64,000 bases of DNA from Scenedesmus sp. PABB004 (lineage: Eukaryota). Under the pieces are notes generated by a model. The model was not told the origin of the DNA and did no database searches. It saw nothing but the letters and a program-made list of their open reading frames with translations. Numbering within the stretch: position 1 is the first letter of the stretch; every line of letters begins with the position of its first letter. The stretch spans positions 744,001-808,000 of the forward strand of contig JABVCE010000016.1 of assembly GCA_014905635.1 (NCBI GenBank). The letters run 5' to 3'. Below are positions 1 to 15,889 of the stretch, in pieces. The translations under genes were made by a program, and so were the position numbers.

Positions 1-536
1 GCCTGCGCCAGCTCTGCGTGGAGATGCTGGGCACGGTCGCGGCGGCGCCGAGCCTCGCGTCGGGCCTACGGTGCCTGCCGCACCTGACGGCCCTCGAGCT
101 CCACACCAACGACGCGCGCTCTCCCAACTGGGCAGACACGTATAACGCTGAGGAGGACGGGCTGCTCTGGGCGCACCAGTCGGCGCTGCGCACGCTCACG
201 CTGCGCGGCAGCGCGCGGCTGGGCGGGCTCACGACGGCGTCGGACGCGCTGCGGCGCCGCCTGCCGGCGAGCTGCCCGCAGCTGCAGGCCCTCGAGCTGG
301 TGGGCTGCGACGACCTGACGGCGGAGCACCTGCAGCAGCTCGCCGCGTGCCGCGCCGCGCCGCGCATCGTGGTGTCCGGAATACACACGTGGCTGCACAA
401 TCTCCGCTCGGGTTTGACGTTACCCGGCGGTACGGACCCAGTGGCGGTTGAGTTTGTCGCCGTGAGGCAGAGCGAGACCCGTGGTGGCTTCCAGCAGGTG
501 CGCCTCGACCGTCTGCTGCAGCTATACCTGAGCTGA
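1..536 (+). CDS. C-terminal part of an LRR/RNI-like (F-box/LRR-type) protein, 5' end outside the window
   Basis: Open frame with LxxLxL repeats (LPHLTALEL, LRTLTLRG, CPQLQALELVGC) ending at TGA 534-536. Confidence 0.5.
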   Translation, partial: LRQLCVEMLGTVAAAPSLASGLRCLPHLTALELHTNDARSPNWADTYNAEEDGLLWAHQSALRTLTLRGSARLGGLTTASDALRRRLPASCPQLQALELVGCDDLTAEHLQQLAACRAAPRIVVSGIHTWLHNLRSGLTLPGGTDPVAVEFVAVRQSETRGGFQQVRLDRLLQLYLS

Positions 537-663
537 CGCGTGGGCCGCCCCTTGGGTGGGGACGGGGTGAGACACTGCGGCAGCAGGCTGTTGCACTGCA
601 ACACGTCCCTCGCTCCGCACGCGGTGGACCGCGCCCGCGCCCGGCCTCCGCCCCGGCCGCCGC

Positions 664-3431
<2,768 letters not shown>

Positions 3432-4043
3432 CGCGGCCGGCGCTCGCTGCTGCCGCTGGCGGCGCTGTCGCCGACGCGCGGCCGCCCCGCGCTGGCCCGC
3501 GCCGCCCCGCTGGCGGGCGCGGGGTCAGCAGCCGCACGGGCGTGTGACGCGGGGCCCTGCACACCGGCGGCGGGCGGAACCGGGCGGCGGGGCGCGCGGA
3601 GAGCTGTTGCCGGTGTGGGCGCGGGTGGCTGCTGCCGGCGATGGCGCCAGCGAGCGGTTGCGCGCTTCGGGACGCCGCAGTGGGGCTGCGCCGAAGTGGC
3701 GGGAGGGAGGGGAGCGGCCGGCGGCGCAGCTGTCTGTTCGTTCGTAGCGCCCGGCGTAACACGCGCTCGTTTGCCCACGATCCGGCCTGGCAGCGCCTGT
3801 AACAGGCTGCAGGAGCTCCCTTACGGTCACCGCCGGGCTGCGGGGCAGGGGCGTGAACCTTAGCCTCCTTGGCGCGTGACGCCCGCGGCGGCGAGTGCGG
3901 TCGCTCAGGGGCGTGCGCCGCGGCCGCGCGGCCACCTCTGAGCACAGTTGCGCCGCTCGCCGCCGCACCCGCGCGCACGCAACGCGCGTGCGTGCGTCGG
4001 CGCCGGCAGCGGCAGGTCGCGCGCGCGCAGCGAGCGCGGAGCG

Positions 4044-5072
4044 ATGGCCGACCCGCCGCCGCCGCCCCCGGCTGGCCTCCCCGCCACTCCCTCCGCGCCC
4101 TCCTCACCCTCCGCGCCGCCCGACCACGACCTGCGCCCGCAGCCGGGGCACGGCGCGCGCGGGCGGTACGGCGGCGCGGGCCTTGAGAGCGCGTCGTGGT
4201 CCAGCGAGGAGGCGAGCGACGGCAGCGAGTCCCGCAGCTCGGGCGACGCCGCCGTCAGCAGCAGGGCGCAGCGTCGTGGCCGCAGCGGGCGCGCGGCCGG
4301 CGCGGCGGCCGCCGCGCCGCGCGCGCCGCGCAGCCGCCCGCGCGCCCGGCCCGCGGCCGCCGCCGGCGTGAGCAAGATCAAGGCGCCGCAGCGCTGGACC
4401 CAGGCCGAGCACGACCTGCTGGTGCAGGTGCGCTGCGCGGCGGGGCGCGGCGCGGCGGGCGCGGCGGGGCGCGGCTGGCCAGCCGCGGCGAGCGCTGGCC
4501 TGCGCGCGCAGGTCGTCGCACGCGCCGGCAACACGCGCAAGTGGGCCGAGATCGCCAAGGCCATGCCCGGCCGCACGGGCAAGCAGTGCCGCGAGCGCTA
4601 CGTCAACCACACGGCGTGAGCGCAGCGCGGCCGGCTGCCTCGCTCTGGCCCGGCCCGCGCCGCCCGCTCACGCCGCGATGGTGCACCGCAGGCCCGACGC
4701 CAAGCGCGGCACGTGGGGCGTGGAGGAGGAGCTGGAGCTCTGCACGTGAGCCCTGCGCTGCGCCGCGCCGCGCCGCGCCGCGCCGCCCGCGCCGCGCTGT
4801 GCGCCGCGCCCTGACGCCGCGCCCTGACGCCGACCAGCTGGCACTCGATCGTCGGCAGCCACTGGTCGCGCATCACGCGCCGGCTGGAGGGGCGCACCGA
4901 GAACGCGGTCAAGAACCACTGGGCCGCCGCGATGCGCGCCAAGGTCCACCTGCGCGCCGCCGCGGGAGCGGTGCCGCGCGCGCGCTGCGCGGGCTCAGCC
5001 ATGCGTGTGTGTGCGCGCGCTCGGGCTCGGCCGACTCGCTGCCGCCCGTCTGCCGCCGCGCCGCGCCCGCCC

Positions 5073-5103
<31 letters not shown>

Positions 5104-6946
5104 CCGGCGCTGGCGCGGGCAGATGCCCATGAAGCGCCGCACGCCGCTCAACATCTACGTCGGCCACATCCGCAGCGGCGTGGCGCCGCCCGACGCGCTC
5201 ACGCTGGTGCGGCGCGCGCGGGCCGCGGGCCGCGGGCCGCGGGGCCGCTGCGCGCGCGGCCCCGCCGACGCTGCCGGCGCCCCAGGTGCTGGAGGCGCTG
5301 CAGGAGGCGCACCCTGAGCTGGTCGCCGCGACCGCGCGCGCCTCGGCCGACATCCAGGCGCGCCGCGCGGCCGACCCCGCCGCCGCCGCGGCCGCCGCCG
5401 CCGCGGGCGCGGCGCCCGGCGGCCTGGAGCAGCCGGGCGGCGGCGGCGCAGCGCCCGCCGGCCGCCGCCGCGCGCCGCGGCGCGCCGGCGCGCACCCCGG
5501 CGCGCCGCCCGCCAAGCAGCCGCGCCTGGGCGCCGCCGCTGGCAGCGGCGGCAGCAGCACCGTCAGCAGCCGCGGCGGCTCGCCAGGCGAGCCGGGCGGC
5601 AGCGGCGCCGCCTCGCCCGCCGAGCCGGCCCAGGGCCAGCCGGCCGCGGCGCGCGGCAGCCCGCCCTGGCCGCCCCTGGCCGGCCGCGTCGCGGCGGGGC
5701 TCGGCGCCGGCGCGTTCCACAGCCCCACCGACCCCTCAAGCACCTCCAACACCAGCTGCGCGCCCGGCAACGGCCGCGCGGCCGCGCCGCCGGCGCTGGC
5801 CGCGTTTGGCCACGCCGCGCTCGAGCTGGGCGGCTTCCAGCAGACCCTGCAGCACAGCCAGCACCACCAGCACCAGCTGCAGCCCTTCGCCCACCAACTC
5901 TACTATGAGCTGGGCCAGCCGTTCCAGCCGTACGCTCACGCGTACGGCGGCGCGGCCGGCGGCGGCGACGCTGGCCGCGTGTGGGCGCAGGCGCAGGCGA
6001 TGGCGGGCGAGGCGCTCGCGTCGGTGCACGCGGCCGCCACGGCGGTGCTGACCGACCTGGGCATGGCGCCGCACGGCCAGTGCGTGTGGCGGCTGACGGG
6101 AGGGAGGGACGCCGCTGCGCAGTGCAGGGCGGCGCGGCCTGACCTGCCGTCGCCGTGCCCCGCCCCCGCGCGCGCAGGTGGCTCGACCCCGCGCAGCCGC
6201 CGCTGCCGCGCCACCTGCCGGCGGGGCTGGGCGGCGCGCCCGGAGGCGGCGCGGATGCCGCCGCCGCGGCCGCCTGGCAGCAGTGGCAGCAGCGCCAGCA
6301 CCAGGCGCCGCCGCCGGCCGCGCTGCAGCTCGGTGGCGGCGGCGCGGCGGAGCAGCGCACCCCCCACCGCAGCGTGAGCAGCGAGGGCTTTGACGCCATG
6401 CTCCGCACCGGGACGGTGCTGTCGCCGCTGCCTGGCACGCCCATCAGCACCGCGCTCGCGCGCTGGGCCGACGGCGACGGCTCCGGCGCCGGCGGCGCGT
6501 GGCATGGCTGGCCGCGCACCGTGACGACCGGCGAGCACCCGGCGGGCGCCGGCGGCGAGCACCACCACCGCGCCCTGCTGCGCAGCCAGTCGGAGCGCTT
6601 TGCGGCGCCGCCGCGCGCGAGCCTTGACATCCTGCCCCTGCAGCTGCCGCCCTGGTCCGCCGCCGCAGCTGCCGCCGGCGGCTGGCCCGCCAGCGGCAGC
6701 TGGACCGGCGGCCAGGTCCCGCTGGACCGCACGCACAGCGCGCCGGCCTTCCGCCACCACGCGGCGCCGCTGCAGCGCTTCGGCAGCCTGGGCAGCGGTG
6801 GGCGCGGGGCGCCGCCGCCGCCGCCGGGCGGCGCGGCCAGTCCCGGGCTGCCCGGGCTGGCCGGCCTGCGCGAGCTGGAGCTGCCCGAGCCGGAGCTCGA
6901 CGACCAGGCGCTGCTCGATGACATGCTGCGCGCGGGCAGCGAGTGA
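4044..6946 (+). CDS. R2R3-MYB transcription factor with a long low-complexity C-terminus
   Basis: Exons give WTQAEHDLLVQ|VV..KWAEIAKAMPGRTGKQCRERYVNH, KRGTWGVEEE, GSHWSRITRRLEGRTENAVKNHW. ATG 4044, TGA 6946; 6 GT-AG introns. Confidence 0.9.
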
Positions 6947-7030
6947 CGGGTTTGGGTGTGGCTGGGTGTGTGTGGCCTGCTGGTTGGCTTGCTGGCGCAG
7001 CGCGCGTCGTGCAGGGGGGAGGCCGCCGCG

Positions 7031-7035
7031 TTACA
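7031..7035 (-). promoter_or_regulatory. TGTAA polyadenylation signal for the CHI-fold gene
   Basis: ttaca on the + strand about 250 nt past the stop at 7288; UGUAA is the established chlorophyte poly(A) signal. Confidence 0.6.
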
Positions 7036-7287
7036 GGCGGCCGGCGGCCGCTGCCGCGAGCTCACATCCTGCGAAAGCGCCGCGCGCTCGCGCGCGCACG
7101 GGCACGCGCGCCGCGGGCCCAGCGCTTGCACAACACTGCCTGCTCGCGGGTGGAAAAACTTGATGCTAACGCCTCTGTGCCCTTCTGCTCCCCCCCCCCT
7201 CCCGCGCGCTCGCCGCCGCCGCCGCCGCCGTGGTGCACGCAGCGCCGCCCCCGCTCGCTCACTCGCTCCCTCACTCGCTCGGCTCGC

Positions 7288-8817
7288 TCACTCGTTGACG
7301 AGCGCCGCGAGGCCGCGGCCGATGCTGCGCTTGGCCTCGTCGCTGACCGGGTCGGGGCCAACGTAGATGTCAAACAGCGCCTTGACCAGCGCGGGGCTGC
7401 TGATGCTGCCGACCTGCGCGGCGCGGCGGGAGCGAGCGCGTGCGAGACCGAGCGAACCTCGCTCGCCGCCGCCGCCGCTGCGCGTGGCGGCGACCCCACC
7501 TCCGCCGCCGCAGCGGCTGCTGCAGCGGCCGCGGCGCGCGCACCTGCTTGCCGTCGATCTGCGTGACGAGCTGGCCCTTGTGGTGGCTGGCAAAGGCAAT
7601 CTCGGTGCCCTTCCTGAACGTCACGCCATCAAACAGCCCCTCAAACGCCTTCAGCGTGGCCGCCGGCTCCTTGGCCTGCACGCGCCGGCGGCGTCGCGGG
7701 CGCCGCGGCGCGTCACGGCGACCGCGGCGGCGTCGCGGCGGCCGCAGCGGCCGCAGCAGCAAGCCCCCCCCCCCGCCCCGCCCCGCCCGCCCGCTGCTGG
7801 GCGGCGGCCGGCGTGCCTTGGTGAGCGCGGGCTTGAGCCGCTCCTCGAGCGCGTTGAGGAAGGTCGCGCGCTTGAGGCCCCCGAAGGAGATGACCAGGCG
7901 CAGGCTCTTCTCAAACGCAGTCGACGCGACCAGCTCTGCGGCGCGGCGGCGCGCGGACCGCGGCGGCGCGGGCAGGCTCGCCGGCGCCCGGGCCGGGGCG
8001 GCGCCCGCGCGGCGGCGCCCGCGGCCGGCCGGCGCCGCACCGTCAAACGCCGCCTGGTTGGCGGTCAGCTTGTCGGCGTCGCTGCCCTTGAACTTGCCGA
8101 GCGCCTTCTTGGCGCCGGAGCCGTCCACGTAGAGCCCCACGGTGTAGACTGCGCCCGGGCGGCGGGCGCGCGTCGGCGGCGCGCGGCAGCAGCAGCGCGG
8201 CGCCGCCCTGCCGCGCAGACAAAGAAGCGGCCCCACGCCCGCACCGTTGATGTTTTTGAGACCCAGAATGCGCTTCGCGCGCACGCTGCGGCGGCCGCGT
8301 GCGGGCGGGAGGGCCGGGTGGGCGTTGCTGCTGAGGGGCCCATCAGCAGCGCCTCCCGGCCCAGCGCCGCGGCGCACTGCCGCGCCGCGCACCCGACGCC
8401 CGCGAGCTTGGGGCAGTGGCGCTTGGAGAGCACGCAGAACTCCTCGGCGTACGCCAGGCCGGTTGCGGGCTCGCTCAGCGCCGCGCCGAAGGCCCCCGAG
8501 CTCACCGCCGCGAACGGCGCCACACGGCCACGCGCGGGGCCTAGGCTGAAGGTCAGCGAGGCCAGGGGAGCCACGCGCCGGGCCTCGACGGGCCCGACCG
8601 GCACGGGCGCGCCGCTCTCGGCAAACATCGCGCCCGCCTGGAGCGCCTACGCGCGTGGGCCCTTGCGCGGGGCGCCGACGGATGCCCCAGCGAGTGTGGC
8701 GTTACTGGCGTCATCGGCGGCGCGCCAGACGCGCTGGCTGAGCCCCGGCACTCGTCCCGACAGCTGCTGCCAAGTCGGCACGCGCTGTGCCGCCCACGCG
8801 CGCTGATCGCCGCTCAT
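7288..8817 (-). CDS. Chalcone isomerase-fold (fatty-acid-binding protein-like) protein
   Basis: EPATGLAY, LAGVG|VRAKRILGLKNIN|VYTVGLYVD, FEKSLRLVI, VGSISSPALVKALFDIYVGPDPVSDEAK. The start is either ATG 8817 (with an intron) or ATG 8628. Confidence 0.85.
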
Positions 8818-8926
8818 TGCGCGCCCACGGTGTGACATTCCTTGCCCACGCGACGCTGCGCACCGCCTGCACACGAGCAGGGCACCAGCAGCGCGGCAGC
8901 GGCGAACAGTTCGGTTGCCCGCCGGC

Positions 8927-10587
8927 ATGGCGCACCTGGCGGGCGTGCTGCTCGCGGCGCTGGTGCGTGGGACCGATCAGAGCGGCCCGGCACCGGGGGC
9001 GCAGCCGGGGGATCGATCGCGCGCGGCGCGCTCGCGGCAGCAGCGGCGGCGCGCGCCGCGCGCCGCGGGCCTCGCCGACCGCGCCGCGCCGCGCGCAGGT
9101 CGCCGCGGCGGCCGCCAGCGGCGAGCAGTGCACCGCGCCCGACACCTGCACGGGCGGGCGCAAGGAGCGCGACTTTTCGGTCGAGGGCGGCGAGTGGTGC
9201 GCCGCCCGCCGCCGGCGGCGCGCAGCGGCGCAGCGGCGCAACGCTTCGGCCCGCGCGCGCACTCACCGCCGCCGCGCGCGCGCACCGCTGCCGCTGCCCG
9301 CCAGGTACGGGGAGTTCTTCCCTGAAGTCTCCAAGATCAAGTGAGGGGCGAGGCCCCTGGGGCTCATGCAGCCCGCCGCCGCTGCCGTTCCGCGCGGCTG
9401 CCGGTCGCCGCGCGCCGCCGCGGCGTGGCGCGTCGCGCAGCCGCCCGCGAGCGCCCGCCCTGCCCGCGCCGCCCGCGGCCGCCGCCTCGCGCCGCGCGCA
9501 GGTACGAGGGCCCCAAGTCGACCAACCCGCTGGCCTTCCGCTACTACAACGCAGACGAGAAGGTGCTGGGCAAGCCGATGAAGGACTGGTGAGGAGGGAG
9601 AGGGAGCCTGCCCCTTTCTGGCGCTGCAGCGGGCGCCCGCGGCTGTGTGCCTGCGTGGCCGCGTGCCTGCGCGCGCGGCGCCCGGCGCCCGGTGCCGCCG
9701 TGGGACCGCCGCCCGTGCCACGCCGCGCCGCGCAGGCTCAAGTTCAGCGTCGCGTTCTGGCACACCTTCCGCGGCGACGGCGGCGACCCGTTTGGCTCCG
9801 CGACCAAGGCCTGGCCCTGGGCCAAGCCGGCCGACCCGATGCAGGCGGCGTACGCGGCGATGCACGCCAACTTTGAGGTGCGGTCGAGGCCTGCGCGCCC
9901 AGCAGCACGGCGGATCGGCGGCGGCGGCCCTGCGCGGCCGCCCTGTGTGCAGCGGCCGCGGCGCGGGCGGGCGCCGACCGCCCGCCCCGTCCCCTGCACA
10001 CGCACAGTTCATGACCAAGCTTGGCGTGGAGCGCTGGTGCTTCCACGACCGGTGCGGCGCGGCGCATGCGCGCGCGCCCGCCGCCGCGCGCCCGCCCGCC
10101 CGTCGCGCTCGTTCACGCGTGCGGCTCCGCCGCCGGGCGCCCGCGCGCCAGGGACATCGCGCCGGAGGGCGCTGACCTGGCGGAGACCAACCGCAACCTC
10201 GACCTCGTCGCCGAGGTCGCGCTGCGCCTGCAGGCCGGCACGCCCATCCGCCCGCTCTGGGGCACCGCGCAGCTCTTCAAGCACCCCCGCTACATGCACG
10301 GCGCCGCCACGAGTGCGCTGGCGCGCTCGCGCGCCCGCGCCCGCCCGCCCGCCCGCGCGCGCGCGCGCGCCGGCGGGCCGCCGCGGCCTCCCCCGCCCGC
10401 GCGCCGCCGAGCCGCCGCCGCGCCCGCACCCACCGCCCCGCGCCGCGCCGCCGCGCCGCGCGGCGCAGGCCCCAACGCGACCGTGTTTGCGTACGCCGCG
10501 GCACAAGTCAAGAAGGCGCTGGACGTCACGCTGCTGCTGGGCGGCGAGAACTTTGTCTTCTGGGGCGGACGCGAGGTGCGAGCGCGC

Positions 10588-10656
<69 letters not shown>

Positions 10657-12551
10657 TGTGTGTGCGGTCGGGGGTGCGCAAGGGTTCCGAGGGCGGGGCA
10701 GGGCGCGGGGTTGTGAGGGGCGAGCGGCGGCCGCGCACACGCGGCAGCGGCAGGGCGGCGGGACGCGCCGCGGCGGCCGAGTCGCCGCCGCCGCCGCTGT
10801 CGCTCGTCAGGGCTACTCGAGCCTGCTCAACACCGACATGGCGCTGGAGCTGGACAACCTCGGCCGGTGCGCGCCGCGCGCCGCCGCGCGGGCGCCGCCG
10901 GGCGCGGCCGCGCGCCGCCGGGCGGCCCGCCGCCTCCCCCTCTCCCGCGCGCCGCCGCGCGTGCCACCTCCCTCTGAACCCTGCCTCCCTCCCCCGCAGC
11001 TTCATGTCGATGGCCGCCGCATACAAGAAGAAGATCGGCTTCAAAGGCACGCTGCTGCTCGAGCCCAAGCCCCAGGCGCGGACCGCGCCCGCGCCGCGCC
11101 CGCGCCGCGCCGCGTCGCCGCCGCGCGACGCCATCACGCCTCCGCCACGCTCCTCCCGCGCGTCGCCCGCTCCCTCGCTCGCTGGCTGCCTCCCTCCCTC
11201 CCTCCTGCCCGCCCGGCGCGCCTCTCGCCGCCGCCTCACCGCGCCCGCTGCCCCCGACGAAACAAAACACAACCCGGCAGGAGCCGACCAAGCACCAGTA
11301 CGACTGGGACGCCGCGACCACGACCGCCTTCCTGCGCCGCTACGGGCTGACCAAGGAGTTTAAGCTCAACATCGAGTGCAACCACGCGACGCTCTCGGGT
11401 GCGGCGGCGGCAGGGGCGGCGGGAGCAGGCGCGCGCGGCGCGTGTGCGTGGCGCGCGCGCGTGGGCGCGGCGGCCCAGCCCCGCGGCCGCGCGGCGTCGC
11501 GCCGCGCCGCGCAGGTCACAGCTGCGAGCACGAGCTCGAGACCGCGCGCATCAACGGGCTGCTGGGCAACATCGACGCCAACACGGGTGAGCCCCGCGCC
11601 GCCACGCGCGCCAGCTGGGGGCGCCCGGGGCCCGGTCGCTTGCAGCGCGGCCGCGGGGCGTGCCGCCGCCGCTCCCTCTTCCCCCGTCGCCACCACTCAC
11701 GCGCACACGCGCGCACACACGCACGCACGCCACCGCCCTCCGCTGCTCAGGCGACCCGCAGGTCGGGTGGGACACCGATCAGTTCCTGGTCGACCCGCGC
11801 GAGGCGGCGCTGGTCATGGGCGTGGTGGTCAAGAACGGCGGCCTCGGCACCGGCGGCATCAACTTTGACGCCAAGCTGCGGTGCGTCCGGGCGCGCCGCC
11901 GCGGCGCGCGCGGCGCGCGGCGCGGCGCGCGGCCGTGCCGCCGGACCGGGCGAGCGAACGGTCGCTGACTCGCCGCTCCGGCGCAGGCGCGAGAGCACCG
12001 ACCCGGCCGACCTCTTCTACGCCCACATCGCCGGCATGGACGCCCTCGCGCGCGGCCTGCGCGCCGCCGCGGCGCTCAAGGCGCGCGCGCCGCGCGCAGG
12101 CGGCCGCGTCCGTGCCGCGGCTGGCTCGTCCGCGTGCGCGGCGCCGCGCTCAGCCGCGCGCATCCGTCCGGCGCCGCAGGAGGCGGGGCTGTTGGACGGC
12201 CTGCTGTCGGAGCGCTACCACTCGTGGTCGGCCAAGGGCGGCCTCGGGCAGAAGATCATCAAGGGCAAGGTGCGGCCACGGGGAGGGCCTGCCAGGGCCG
12301 GCGGCGGGGCCGCGAGCTCAACCCGGGCGCCTGCGCGTCTGCTTGCGCGGCGCGCGGCCCGCCGTGCGGGCGTCGACGCACGCGCGTGCCGCGCCGCGCC
12401 GCGCCCGCGTCCGCCGCCGCCGCCGCGGCGCCGCGCGCAGGTCGGGTTTGAGGAGCTCGAGGCGTTTGCGCTGGCCAACCCCGACCCCGCCGAGTCGCTC
12501 GGCAGCGGGCGGCAGGAGCTGGCTGAGATCTACCTCGACATGGCGCTCTAG
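8927..12551 (+). CDS. xylA: Xylose isomerase (class II) with an N-terminal signal peptide, 16 exons
   Basis: [91 protein letters not shown]. Confidence 0.97.
10590..10652. repeat. (GT)n microsatellite in a xylA intron
   Basis: About 30 GT units, directly visible. Confidence 0.95.
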
Positions 12552-12554
12552 GGT

Positions 12555-12559
12555 TTACA
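12555..12559 (-). promoter_or_regulatory. TGTAA poly(A) signal for the pseudouridine synthase gene
   Basis: ttaca about 300 nt downstream of the minus-strand stop at 12856. Confidence 0.55.
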
Positions 12560-12855
12560 CAGGCAGCTCGGTGTGCAGGGCTTAGGAGAGGGCCTGCTGG
12601 AGTCGTTGCAGACCTGCGGGCGGGCGTGCCGGGCCGGCTGCGATGCGTCCCGACGGGGCGGCCGCGACGGCCGAGGCGCCTGGCGCGCGCGCGCGCACGC
12701 GCGCGGGCTGCGGATGGCGGCCGGGGCGCTGTGCGCGGCTGGGGCGCGCGTGCGGCGGCGGCGCGCGGGCGGCCGGCTGCATCGGACGGACCCGGGTGCA
12801 ACGCGCGTCGTTGCCGCACTCGGGGCGCGCCTCGCGCCCGGCGCGCGCCTCGCGC

Positions 12856-15800
12856 TCACATGAGGTCGTACAGGCTGTCCAGCTCGCCCGGGTCCAGCGC
12901 CGGCAGCGCCTGCTTCTGCTGCTGCGGCGCCGCCTGCGCCGCCGCCGCCGCCTGCTGCGCCAGCTGCTGCGCCGCCGCCTGCTCCGCCGCCGCTGCGGCG
13001 TCGTCAAACGCGCGCCGCATGTCCGCCAGCTCCTGCCGCGCCGCCGCCGCGCTCGGCGTGTCGCGGTGCGGCGCCTGGCCGTACGTCTCCTGCGCGGCGG
13101 CGGCGGCGGCGGCGCGGGTTGGGGAGGCCGGGGCTGCGCTGCGCGCCCGCAGCGCGGCGCGCTGCCGCCCCGCACCTGCATGCCCACCACCATCGCCGCG
13201 CTCGCGCCCTGCAGCCGCCCCGGGCGCGCGAGGCGCTGCTGCTTCGCCGCCGGCTGCGCCGCCTGCTGCCCCGCGCCGCCGCGCTTGCCGTCGGGTTGCT
13301 GCTGCTGCTGTTCCTGCTCCTGCTGCCCCTGCTGCTGCTGCTGGCCCTGCTGCTGCTGCTTCTGCGCGTCTGCCGCGGCCTTGGCCTCCGCCTTGGCCTT
13401 GGCGACGCAGCGCACCGGCGCCCAGCGCGCCCAGCTCGAGAACCTGCGCAGCGGCGGCGGCCGCAGCGCCGTCGCACGCCCTCGCTCGCACAACGCGCGG
13501 GCGCCGGCCCCACCCACAACCCTAAACGGCCGCCGCCGCCGCCGCCTGTCTCACTTGTAGTACGCGTCTGTGCAGGTGCGCAGCCAGAGCGCGTTGACGA
13601 GCTCGGCGCCGTCCGTCGACGCGATGTGGGGGTACAGCGCGGCCGCCTTGAACGCCTCGGCCGCGGGGCGGAAGGGCTCGAAGCTCACGGGGCCGTGCAG
13701 GTCCCCGAAGCGCGCGTTGTAGGCGTCGTAAAACGTCTCGTCCTGTGTGGCGGCGCGCGTGTAGTTCGGTGTGTGCGGCGTGTGCGCGCGTGTGCGGTGC
13801 AGCGTGCGCGGTGCGGTGTGTGCGCGTGCGCGGTGGGTCGGCGCGGGCGCGTGGCGCGTGGCGCCTGCCACCGCCAGCGCAAGAAGCCAGTGCGCGCGGC
13901 CAGCGGCTCGCAGCAGCGGGGCGCACCAGGAAGAGCCCCAGCTCTGGCGCCATGGGCGTGAGGTGGTCGCGGTCGGGGTCGAGCGCGAGGCCGAGGCACC
14001 CCGGCGGCGCGGTGCCGCGCATGATCGCGACCGCCATGCCCACCTGCCGCGGCGCGGCGCGGCGCGGCGCGGCGTGGGAGGCGGTGTGGGCGTGGACGAG
14101 GCGCGTGCAGGGCGCAGGGCACAGGGCGCAGGCGCGCATGGCGGCGCCGGCGGCGAGGTCGGGGGCCCGGCGCGCGTGCGTCGGGGGGCTCGCTCGGCGG
14201 CCCCGCCCGCCCGCCCCGCACACCGCGCACCAGCTTGCGTATCTGGTGCAGCATGAAGCTCTGGCCCACGACCACGAGCTTCACCCAGGGCGACCCGCCC
14301 ACGTCCATCGGCGCCGCGGTGAAGCTCAGGATGTAGCGCTGCGCGGCGGGGTCGGTCGCGTGCACGCGCACCTGCGCGGCGCGGCGCGGCGCGGCGCGGC
14401 GGTGAGCGCGACGGTGAGCGCGCGCGCGGGCTGGGGCGCGCGGGCGGCCGGTTGGCCGGCCGTTGGATTGCGCGGTGCGGCCTGCCTGTCTGGTGATTGA
14501 TCAACCGCCGAGCAGCGCACGCACCGTGTAGTTGTGAAAGTTGTGCGTCCCCCGGTACTGGTCGAGCACCTCGTTCAGCCGCGCGAGCTGCTCCGCCCCA
14601 AACGTGAACCGCGCCTGCGACGCAGCGATGTCCGCCCTGTCGCCGCAGCGGCGGCGGCAGCGGCGGCGGCGGGGTCGGCGGGGCCGGCGCGGCGCGGTGT
14701 CCGCGCCCCCAGCGGGCGCACCGCAGGCGCGCGAGCTTCTCGCTGCCGAGCTTGCTGGTGGACGCGCGCTCGTCGCAGGCGCGCTCCGCGCGGGCGCTGC
14801 GCGCCGCGCCGCCGCCGCCGACCGACTCGGCGCCGCTCGCGCCGTCGCCGTCCGCGTCCGCGTCGCCCGCCGCGGCCACCTCTGCGTCCGCCGCCGCCGC
14901 CGCGGCCGCCGCGTCCGCGGCGTCGGCCGCGTCCGCCTCTGCGTCCGCCGCGCCCAGCGCGCCGCCGCCGCCGGGCGCGCCGTCGCGGCCGGCCGCGCAG
15001 CAGGCCGGGTCGAAGACCCAGGCCGGCAGGATGTACTCGTACTTTCGCTTGTCACAGAACTTGCGCGCGTCAAAGCCGTCGGTCGTGCGCTGGATGCCAA
15101 AGACGCGGATCTGCGCCGCGGCAGCGGCGCGGGGGCACGGGATTCATCGCGAGTCAACGGCGGCGGCGCGCGAACACGACCGCGCGCGCGCGCGCGCACG
15201 CAGGCGCAAGCACGCGCACGCGCGCACACGCGCCTGCTGCGGCAGGTGTGCGTTGACGCGCTCCACAAAGGTGTCGACCGGGTCGATGATGAGCTTGGCG
15301 CTCACGACCTGGCACGCGGCCGACACGCCCTTGTCGGTGCGCGCGGCGCGCATCCAGTGGATCTGCGCGGCGCGCGCGCGTGGTGCGTGCGCGCTGGGCG
15401 CGGCGGCGCGGGGCGCGGCGGCGCGGAGCCGCGGCGGCCGGGCGCGCTGGCGCCCCGCGCGTGCTGCGCTGCGCCGTGCTGCGGCGCGCCTTCATGAAGC
15501 TGCCGGCGTTCTGGTCGCTGATCGCGCCCGCCCGCACGAGCGCCGCCTCCAGCTCCGCCTCAATCGTGGGGAAGCCGGGGTTGCGCTGCATGCCCTGCGG
15601 GGCATGCGGCGCGGCGCGGCAGCGCGGCGCGGCGCGGCAGCGCGGCGCGGCGCGTCGGCCGAGGCCGGGGCGCCGGCGCCGCCGCCCGGCCGGCGCGCGG
15701 CAGGCGCAGCGGCGCTGCGCACGTGGAAGCCGGCGCCGAGGTAGGCCAGGTGCATGGCCACCTTGCGCTTGGGCGGCAGCCGCGGCTTGGCGCCGGCGGC

Positions 15801-15889
15801 GCCGGCGGCCGCCGCGGCGCCGCCCGCCGCGCCCGCTGCTGGCCCCGGCGGCGCGGGTGGCGCGGCGGGTGGCGGGGGAGCTCCGCCAT
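12856..15889 (-). CDS. PUS1: tRNA pseudouridine synthase, PUS1/TruA family
   Basis: KRKVAMHLAYLGAGFH|GMQRNPG, RAARTDKGVSA (catalytic Asp), CDKRKYEYILP, GTHNFHNYT, GQSFMLHQIRKL, PMAPELGLFL. ATG 15889 is in frame only if the run at 15874-15878 lacks one base. Confidence 0.92.

Noticed and set aside
8628..8817. In-frame TAG at 8647-8649 upstream of the CHI-fold domain, suggesting readthrough or a recoded stop
   Set aside because: The TAG can serve as an intron acceptor with an upstream phase-0 GT donor (CGA|GTGCCG), and TAG is used as a normal stop in xylA, LSM8, RPL32 and MMAB.
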